A DNA stretch of 13,195 bases, from assembly GCA_030587475.2 (NCBI GenBank), contig JAUQYZ020000068.1:1-13195 (forward strand), written 5' to 3'. A program made the translations under genes and the position numbers. The notes under the pieces are model-generated. The model was not told the DNA's origin. It was given only the letters and a program-made list of their open reading frames with translations, and ran no database searches. The DNA is from Candidatus Sigynarchaeum calidifontis. Lineage in GTDB: Archaea > Asgardarchaeota > Lokiarchaeia > Sigyniarchaeales > Sigyniarchaeaceae. Below, piece after piece: positions 6,929 through 13,195 of this stretch (positions within the stretch are counted from its first letter, which is position 1; each line of letters begins with the position of its first letter).

Positions 6929-7690
6929 ATGCCGACAGCAAGCAAGATAGCGCTCCACTTGTCGCGCCAGGAACTGCGGAGGGACGGGGCCGGCCGGGCC
7001 ACGTGGGTATCCACGACGGCCACGAGGGAGCTGGACGCGTCAGAGGTCGCGCTGGTTGTCTGCGACATGTGGGACAAGCATTGGTCAAAAGGGGCAACTG
7101 AACGCCTGGAAGCCCTCGTGCCCAAGATTGACAGGGTCATAGCCGCGGCACGGCGGCGTGGCATCACGATCGTCCACGCGCCGTCCGACACGCTCGATTT
7201 CTACGAGAACCATCCCGCCCGCGCCCGCGCGGAGGCGATCCCTCTCGTTGACTTGCCCGTCGCCGCGGTGCCGAAGTATCCCCCGCTCCCCATCGACGAC
7301 TCGGATGGCGGTTCTGACACGAACGTGAACGGCTCGGAGAAGCCGAACGACCCCGTCTGGCGCCGCCAGCATCCGGGCATCCACATCGACGAGAACTTGG
7401 ATTTTATCTCCGATATCGGTTCGGAAATCTACGCGCTCTTCAAGCAACGGGGCATCACGATGATGATCATCGCCGGAGTGCACGCGAACATGTGCATTCT
7501 CGGACGCAGCTTCGCGATCAAGCAGATGCTCGCGTGGGGCATCGACGTCGTGCTCGCCCGCGATCTCACCGATGCCATGTACAACCCAGAAATGTCTCCT
7601 TATGTGAGCCACGACGATGGCACCCGGCTCGTGATAGGATACATCGAGAAGTTCCTATGCCCGACCATCACGAGTGCCGACATCGCGTGA
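6929..7690 (+). CDS. Isochorismatase/cysteine hydrolase family protein
   Basis: Motifs ALVVCDMWDKHW, IVHAPSD, AGVHANMCILGRSF and VVLARDLTDAMYNP. ATG 6929 is preferred over TTG 6857 because a TTTTTTA box (6899-6905) lies about 25 nt upstream. Confidence 0.88.
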   Translation: MPTASKIALHLSRQELRRDGAGRATWVSTTATRELDASEVALVVCDMWDKHWSKGATERLEALVPKIDRVIAAARRRGITIVHAPSDTLDFYENHPARARAEAIPLVDLPVAAVPKYPPLPIDDSDGGSDTNVNGSEKPNDPVWRRQHPGIHIDENLDFISDIGSEIYALFKQRGITMMIIAGVHANMCILGRSFAIKQMLAWGIDVVLARDLTDAMYNPEMSPYVSHDDGTRLVIGYIEKFLCPTITSADIA

Positions 7691-7735
7691 TGACTTGCCA
7701 AGCGGCTCGCGTTTTGTGCACACAATGTTAACTTA

Positions 7736-7750
7736 GAAACATTCTTTAAG
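7736..7750 (+). promoter_or_regulatory. BRE/TATA-like promoter for a probably leaderless transcript of 7775..8332
   Basis: GAAACATTCTTTAAG, with TTTAAG at 7745-7750 ending 24 nt before the ATG. No SD sequence is visible. Confidence 0.55.
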
Positions 7751-7774
7751 CAGAATACGATTGTCCACCTCGAC

Positions 7775-8332
7775 ATGAACATCGAGCTGCTCATCGGGGA
7801 CAAGCCGGACTGGGAAAAGAACGCGGATGTATTGGATCTCACCGCGCCGATCCAGGTTTTCATGAACGGCAAGCCCTTGCCGGAAAAATATTTCAAGGAC
7901 GGCATCGTCGTGAACTTGTTCGAGACCTCGTTCGAGATCCTGGACTTGCTTGGAAACCTGGAGAAGGTTTTCAAGGTCAAGGACAAGGTGCGAGACACGC
8001 TCTACCAGGCCGAGTTCTGTTACACGAGCAACTTCTTGACCGCGCAAGCAACGGGCCCGGGCATCGCGCGCGTTGCCATGCGGTTCAATCCCGCCACGGT
8101 TGACGACGAGGCACTCCTCGCCGGCAGTCCCGATTATCAAGAGCTGGTGCCGTTTTCAAGCCTGGCGACCGAGCTGCTGCTCTTCGCGATCAGCGTGTAC
8201 GAGGCCCTCGTGGAATTCAACCCCGAATTCGAGGGCCAGCTGGCAGATTTACACGACGGGATCCTCACGCATCAAGAGCTGCTGGAAAAGGAATTCAAGA
8301 TCGTGCTGCCTACTCCGCCAGAGGTAAAATAG
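7775..8332 (+). CDS. Hypothetical acidic soluble protein
   Basis: 185-aa ORF with host-like C/G-ending codons, its own promoter-like box and a downstream T tract. No recognised motif. Confidence 0.85.
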   Translation: MNIELLIGDKPDWEKNADVLDLTAPIQVFMNGKPLPEKYFKDGIVVNLFETSFEILDLLGNLEKVFKVKDKVRDTLYQAEFCYTSNFLTAQATGPGIARVAMRFNPATVDDEALLAGSPDYQELVPFSSLATELLLFAISVYEALVEFNPEFEGQLADLHDGILTHQELLEKEFKIVLPTPPEVK

Positions 8333-8354
8333 CTATCGGAATTCGTGTCGTCGC

Positions 8355-8391
8355 GTGTTCTCGCTTCTCGCGCCTCCCGAACACTTTTTTT
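8355..8391 (+). terminator. Possible terminator (weak stem followed by T7)
   Basis: GTGTTC (8355-8360) can pair with GAACAC (8379-8384), followed by T7 at 8385-8391. The T tract could instead serve as the TATA box of the next gene. Confidence 0.4.
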
Positions 8392-8422
8392 ACATCTTAG
8401 GGCGGATCTGCTCTTGCATTTA

Positions 8423-8428
8423 GAGGTG
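8423..8428 (+). promoter_or_regulatory. Shine-Dalgarno site
   Basis: GAGGTG lies 7 nt before ATG 8436. Confidence 0.65.
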
Positions 8429-8435
8429 GATACAG

Positions 8436-11006
8436 ATGAAACGCAAATTGAAAGACATTATTAGATTGCTCCTTGCAGCCGGCATCGCGTCGAGCTTTAT
8501 CGTGGCGCTGTCGATCCCGCTGGGCCCATCGATCCCGGCCATTGGAAACCTCGTGAATCCATACGGGGGCTTTTGGTCGATCGATCACCAGACGCCTGCA
8601 ATGATGAACGTCGACATGCCGTTCTTGAGCGGCCAGGTGACGGTTATCAAGGACGCGTATGGCGAACCGCACATCTACGCGCAGAAAGAAATAGACGCGG
8701 TCGCCGTGCTCGGATACTTGCACGGGCGAGACCGCATGTTCCAGCTGGAGATGATCCGGCGGCAGGCCTCGGGCTTGCTCGCCGAGGTGGTCGGCACGCG
8801 GGCCCTCGATATTGACAAGTACTACCGGAACATCCGGCTCAAGTCAGCGGGCGAAAACCTCACGGCCTGGGTCAAGGTGACTGACCCGGCCATGTACGCG
8901 AAGCTGGAGAAGTACGTCGCGGGTATCAATTATGCCATCGACACTTGCGGCACGTTACCCCTCGAGTTCCACTTGCTCGGCATCCGCCCGGCGCACTGGA
9001 CAGCCGAGGACTGCTTGACCATCGAGAAGATCATGGACAACATGCTCACGTTCGGAACCGATGACGTTTACCGGACGCTGCTCCGGGAGGGGCTCGAGGA
9101 CGCGGGATACACGAGCGCAATGGACGAGCTGTTCCCGCTCGTGACGCCGTTCCAGAAGCCGATCACGGTCGACTACGGGAACGCCCCGGGCGAGCGTCCC
9201 ATCTCGCCCTTCTCCGCCGCGAGACCCGAGATTGCCAATCTCGAGGCCATAAGTAGCTGGGTCGAGTGGGCGCGGGCCGCGTCGCCGGTCCCGGCGAGGC
9301 AAGGCTTCGGGTCGAACAATTGGGTCGTGAGCGGGAGCAAGTCGGCGACCGGTTTTCCGATCTTGTGCAACGACATGCACTTGGAATGGAGTTTGCCGAT
9401 GATCTGGTATGTTGCGCATGTGAAAGCGCTCGACTCGGGCATGAACTGCCAGGGCTTCACGCTGCCAGGCGCCCCGCTCGTGATCGTCGGCCACAACGAG
9501 CACGTGGCCTGGGGCATGACGAACGCGGGCTGTGACCACGTTGACTGGTACTCCTACACGGCGAACAGCACGCATTACCTGTACAAGGGCACCTGGTACC
9601 CGTTCGGGAAAGTGACGGAGATGATCCCCGTGAAGGGAAGGAGCCCCGTCTCCTTCACGATCCGCTCGACCATCCACGGGGTCGTCATGGATAACGGCAA
9701 CTTGCCATACGACTTGACCGGCAGCGAGATCGGGACCGTGCTCGCGTTCCGGTGGGTGGCCCTCGTCACGAACACGACGACCTTCAAGGCCGTGTACGGC
9801 TTTAACAAGGCGCGGAACATTACCGAGTTCGACGAGGCACTGGAATACTTCGCCCTTCCGTCGCAGAACGTGGTCTATGCCGACCGGTACGGCAACATCT
9901 CCATCCGCTGCTCGGGCTGGGTACCGTTCCGGGAAGGCGTGAACGCGACGCACGACGCCGACGCGTGCCGGTTCGTGCTCAACGGGACCGCGGGCGAGCA
10001 CGAGTGGAACGGCACGTTCATACCGTTCGACAAGTTGCCGCACAGCGTGAACCCGGCGCAGGGCTATCTCGCCTCGGCCAACCAGTTGAGTGCCGGATCG
10101 CTCTACCCGTATTATTTCCAGGATTCGATGGATCCGGGATACCGGGCGCGCCGGATCAATGACTTGCTCGCCACCGATCCATCAGTGAGCGTCGACGACA
10201 TGGCGGCGATCCAGAACGACGTGTACGACAAGAGCGCCGAGTGGCTGCTGCCCGTGCTGCTGCGCGTGTTCGACAACGACACGACGTTCCCCGCCGGGCA
10301 GAAGACGCTGCTCGTGAACCAGTCCGTGGCGATCCTCCGCGCGTGGAATGCCAGCACCGACCGGTGCAAGATGCTCAAGGACCTGGCCGCACCGACGATT
10401 TTCGCGGCCATCCTTGACAAGTACCAGGCATTGACGTTCGACGAGTTCGCCGCGTACGGGATCCTTCCCGCCTTGAACGTGCTCGAGAACCTCACGCTCA
10501 ACGTGCCCGCGTCGAAGTGGTTCGACACGATCGCCACGTCCGGCACGACGGAAAAATGCTCCGACATCATCCGCGAGGCGATCAAGCAAGGCGTTGCCTG
10601 GCTCGCGGCGAGCACGACCTTCTCGGGCAAGGCGCCGGCCGAGTGGACATACGGCCTCGCCCACAAGGTGTACTGGCACCACCTGGCCTACCTGGACGCG
10701 CTCGCCGCGGGGCCGTACACCGCGTCCGGTTCTGGCATCACGCCGAACCCGTCGTACGCTCCGCTCTTCGAACATGCTTACTGGGGTGCCTCCGAGCGCA
10801 TGATCATCGATTTTTCGCGCTGGAACCACGATTTCGACACGTCAAGGATGGTCATCCCAGGCGGCAGCAGCGGGGATCCCGTCTCGCCACATTACACCGA
10901 CCAGCTCCAGCTGTTCTTGCGCGGCGAGTACCACGGGCTCGCGTTCCACCAGACCGCCGACGCGTTCCCCGCCGGGACGTACGAGGCCCGGTGGACCTTC
11001 ACGTGA
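8436..11006 (+). CDS. Penicillin acylase family (peptidase S45) Ntn-hydrolase, N-terminally anchored or secreted
   Basis: N-terminal basic + hydrophobic signal/anchor. Family motifs KDAYGEPHIYA, GYLHGRDRMFQLE, GSNNWVVSG (beta-chain nucleophile Ser293), NDMHL, AWGMTN, QNVVYAD, ASANQ and PGGSSGDPVSPHYTDQ. Confidence 0.96.
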   Translation: MKRKLKDIIRLLLAAGIASSFIVALSIPLGPSIPAIGNLVNPYGGFWSIDHQTPAMMNVDMPFLSGQVTVIKDAYGEPHIYAQKEIDAVAVLGYLHGRDRMFQLEMIRRQASGLLAEVVGTRALDIDKYYRNIRLKSAGENLTAWVKVTDPAMYAKLEKYVAGINYAIDTCGTLPLEFHLLGIRPAHWTAEDCLTIEKIMDNMLTFGTDDVYRTLLREGLEDAGYTSAMDELFPLVTPFQKPITVDYGNAPGERPISPFSAARPEIANLEAISSWVEWARAASPVPARQGFGSNNWVVSGSKSATGFPILCNDMHLEWSLPMIWYVAHVKALDSGMNCQGFTLPGAPLVIVGHNEHVAWGMTNAGCDHVDWYSYTANSTHYLYKGTWYPFGKVTEMIPVKGRSPVSFTIRSTIHGVVMDNGNLPYDLTGSEIGTVLAFRWVALVTNTTTFKAVYGFNKARNITEFDEALEYFALPSQNVVYADRYGNISIRCSGWVPFREGVNATHDADACRFVLNGTAGEHEWNGTFIPFDKLPHSVNPAQGYLASANQLSAGSLYPYYFQDSMDPGYRARRINDLLATDPSVSVDDMAAIQNDVYDKSAEWLLPVLLRVFDNDTTFPAGQKTLLVNQSVAILRAWNASTDRCKMLKDLAAPTIFAAILDKYQALTFDEFAAYGILPALNVLENLTLNVPASKWFDTIATSGTTEKCSDIIREAIKQGVAWLAASTTFSGKAPAEWTYGLAHKVYWHHLAYLDALAAGPYTASGSGITPNPSYAPLFEHAYWGASERMIIDFSRWNHDFDTSRMVIPGGSSGDPVSPHYTDQLQLFLRGEYHGLAFHQTADAFPAGTYEARWTFT

Positions 11007-11011
11007 GGTGA
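11005..11011 (+). promoter_or_regulatory. Shine-Dalgarno site overlapping the acylase stop codon
   Basis: GAGGTGA overlaps the TGA at 11004-11006 and lies 7 nt before ATG 11019. Confidence 0.7.
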
Positions 11012-11018
11012 CCATGCC

Positions 11019-11456
11019 ATGATGCTAACACGCGGTTCGGAACGGTTGCAAGCGATTTTCACCAAGCACGCCTTCTGGCTTGCCGCGGCGGTCTCGTACG
11101 CGGCAATATTGTTCAACCTCACGACCATCTGGCAGCTGTGCATCATCCCGCCAGCCATCGGGAGCTTGCTTTTCATCAAAGAAAGGGCAAGGCTCGCGTG
11201 GTGGAGCGGTTTTTTGGGTGTCGGGCTCTCGTGGCTCACGATCGTGCTGTATTACATCGCGACGCAGCCCGCAATGGCGTTGGCCGACAAGCTCATCTGG
11301 ATCATCATCGGGGAACCGGGGCTCGGCTGGATCGCGATCGCGCTCACGGTCGCCATCGGCGCATGCCTGGGCGGGTTCGGCGGCGTGATCGGCTTCGCCG
11401 TGCAGCGCTTGCTATCCAAGGACATGGCGGGCGCCGGCGATGCATCGAACCGTTAG
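11019..11456 (+). CDS. Small integral membrane protein (about 4 TM), translationally coupled to the acylase
   Basis: Hydrophobic segments and a Gly-rich last helix (IGACLGGFGGVIG), plus a strong SD. Confidence 0.85.
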   Translation: MMLTRGSERLQAIFTKHAFWLAAAVSYAAILFNLTTIWQLCIIPPAIGSLLFIKERARLAWWSGFLGVGLSWLTIVLYYIATQPAMALADKLIWIIIGEPGLGWIAIALTVAIGACLGGFGGVIGFAVQRLLSKDMAGAGDASNR

Positions 11457-11640
11457 AAGCCAGCAGTAGATCGATCCGCCCTTCCCTTTACATCCTTCTT
11501 TTTGAGGCCGGGGAAACAGGTCTCGTTCTAACCCAGATGCAGCTTACCGCTTCAAGCATGTTTGCCAGCTTTCTTCGACGATGGAAGGTTGAACGAGCCC
11601 TCCACTCTAGCACGCGAAATGTAAAAGTAAAAATGGTGTG

Positions 11641-11874
11641 TCAAGGCACCTTGGCGGAGGTGGCAGGCGCGGGGATGTCATCTCGTGCCGCGCGCTTCGC
11701 CGGCCGTGCCGCGCCCCGCCGTCCCGCGAGGACGCCGGCGAAGAGCGCGATGACCGCGACCCCGGCCATGGCCGGTGTGGCCCCCTTCAATGAAACAAGC
11801 GTAGCTATCAACGCGCACGTGGGGATAACGATAAAGATAATGGGAATGCGCAATGATTGCATGTTACATCGCAT
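11641..11874 (-). CDS. Small 2-TM membrane protein with a basic tail (77 aa), hypothetical
   Basis: AAGGAGG (11883-11889, minus) lies directly after the beta-helix gene stop and 8 nt before ATG 11874. Two hydrophobic helices are followed by RRGAARPAKRAAR. Confidence 0.6.
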   Translation of the reverse strand: MRCNMQSLRIPIIFIVIPTCALIATLVSLKGATPAMAGVAVIALFAGVLAGRRGAARPAKRAARDDIPAPATSAKVP

Positions 11875-11891
11875 GTTGCATGCCTCCTTTT

Positions 11892-12962
11892 TCAACACGA
11901 TGCTTGGTCAGGGGTTCGAATCAACGATGGCCGTGTACCGGGTGCTGTGCCGCGCTTGAGATGACGGCAGACGAGGGCGCAGCACGCGATCGCGGCAGCG
12001 ATGATTCCGATCGTGCTCCACGAGGCGATCGGCTCGCTCCATTGCGGGTCGCTGCAACCGACGTTCCCGTGGATGTCGTTCAGAACGATAAAATAATGGT
12101 CCCACTTCCAAGGGAACCAGACCAACTTGATGCACGCACCTGCATTGCCCGTCACTATGTTATCGGCAATCGTGTTTCCTCTTGACTCAAAAAGGTAAAT
12201 CCCGTTCCCGAGATTGTTCGAAACGTTGTTGTTGATGATAGAATTAGAATCCGCCTCGAATAATGCTACCGCGCCGTCATCGTCAACAATACTGGCAGAC
12301 GTGTTTATGATACTATTATCTGAGATTAAATTATATCGTGAACTTGATAAGACTATTCCCCCGTTATTTCCCGAGAATTTGTTTCCGATCACCACGTTCT
12401 CGTCCGAATTTCGAATGCTCAAACCACCTCCGTTGTTTAATATCAAGTTTTCAGATACAACATTTTTACAACCATCTGTTAAGCATAACCCGCCATCATT
12501 GTTTATTAATGAACAATTAGTCACATTGACGTGGATAGAGTTCCATAACCAAATTCCAATACCTGGAATGTTGATACCTGTAAACTGACCGCTTCGGTGA
12601 GCCCCAATTACAGTGCAATTACAGATGATAAGATACCGATCCGTATTGTGAATCACGACGCCGTTCCCGTTGGCAATCGAACTCGCGTTGAGCACGAGGT
12701 CGCGGATGACATGCGCCGTGGCGGGCGTCAACCCATCCGTGCCATTCCCTGCGCAATACGTGTCCAACGCGGCATTCCCATCGATAAACACGAAGGCATT
12801 GATCGCATCTCGTGGTGATATTCCCGCATTACATTCAAAGAAAGTGTCCCTGGGCGTCCCTGTCGAACGAGAAGACGTGAAATGAACGCTGGTAGATGGT
12901 GAGATGAAGCCTATAACCAATATAGACGTTACAATGATGAAAATCACCATTTTTTTCCTCAT
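11892..12962 (-). CDS. Cell-surface right-handed parallel beta-helix (PbH1/NosD-like) protein
   Basis: Signal peptide MRKKMVIFIIVTSILVIG, about 22-aa repeats of the type NNxGGIxLxxSxxNxIxxNxI, many N-x-S/T sequons, and a C-terminal TM followed by basic RHLKR. Confidence 0.9.
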   Translation of the reverse strand: MRKKMVIFIIVTSILVIGFISPSTSVHFTSSRSTGTPRDTFFECNAGISPRDAINAFVFIDGNAALDTYCAGNGTDGLTPATAHVIRDLVLNASSIANGNGVVIHNTDRYLIICNCTVIGAHRSGQFTGINIPGIGIWLWNSIHVNVTNCSLINNDGGLCLTDGCKNVVSENLILNNGGGLSIRNSDENVVIGNKFSGNNGGIVLSSSRYNLISDNSIINTSASIVDDDGAVALFEADSNSIINNNVSNNLGNGIYLFESRGNTIADNIVTGNAGACIKLVWFPWKWDHYFIVLNDIHGNVGCSDPQWSEPIASWSTIGIIAAAIACCALVCRHLKRGTAPGTRPSLIRTPDQASC

Positions 12963-13195
12963 GATAAATCACGAGCCTTCCGATGCGATAGCGGCTAGTA
13001 ATCTTTCCCCCGGTGATGCGTCCGTAAATATCGTGAATGCAGCAAAAAAACCAAGAAATTTTATCCGATTTGAGTGGAAAAAATTTAAATATTCCTTTCT
13101 TCACTTGAGTTTTTGAGTTTTTCACCCGTTTCACGACAAAAATGATCTTGCTGGTCATGTCGACCGATAACCACGTGCGGTGGATTTCATGTGAA

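Noticed and set aside
8955-10829. Long antisense and alternate-frame ORFs (e.g. 8955..10043, 10182..10829; also 5461..6321, 2799..3458, 11138..11959)
   Set aside because: These are shadow ORFs expected from GC-rich codon bias. They overlap well-supported genes and carry no motifs.
11859-11882. 12-bp imperfect direct repeat (GCATGTTACATC / GCATGTTGCATG)
   Set aside because: Only two short imperfect copies, overlapping the start of a small ORF. This is not enough to call a binding site.
11905-11925. tRNA T-loop-like GGTTCGAATC
   Set aside because: The T-stem does not close (GGGG versus CAAC), there is no cloverleaf, and it lies inside the 3' end of a CDS.
12835-13158. ORFs in the AT-rich right end (12835..13158 minus, 12904..13116 plus)
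   Set aside because: Atypical codon usage and overlap with the beta-helix gene start. The region is better explained as intergenic or promoter DNA.
1-13195. Selenoprotein, DGR, or mobile element
   Set aside because: I found no TGA-interrupted recognisable domain, no reverse transcriptase or TR/VR pair, and no transposase, integrase or terminal repeats in the window.

Overview
A gene-dense, mostly GC-rich archaeal chromosomal segment. It is most likely from an Asgard archaeon (Lokiarchaeia-like). That placement is an inference from a longin+roadblock protein, a coiled-coil/zinc-ribbon protein, GAGGTG(A) ribosome-binding sites, TATA-like boxes about 25 nt upstream of ATGs and oligo-T terminators. 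About 14 CDS are supported: a small membrane protein, a coiled-coil + Zn-ribbon protein, a HAD phosphatase, a longin-roadblock-helical fusion, a flavin reductase, a membrane M28 peptidase, a LysE exporter, an O6-alkylguanine alkyltransferase, an isochorismatase-like hydrolase, an acidic hypothetical protein, a penicillin-acylase-family Ntn hydrolase with a coupled membrane protein, a small 2-TM protein, and a beta-helix surface protein. I found no rRNA, complete tRNA, CRISPR array, transposase or integrase. The most notable observations are (1) the longin-roadblock fusion, (2) a nested AATAGATGGA tandem array filling its divergent promoter region, (3) a beta-helix surface gene whose repeat core has AT-rich codon usage inside GC-rich ends, and (4) a 59-aa internal duplication in the coiled-coil protein. 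All family calls come from motif recognition by eye; no database searches were run.
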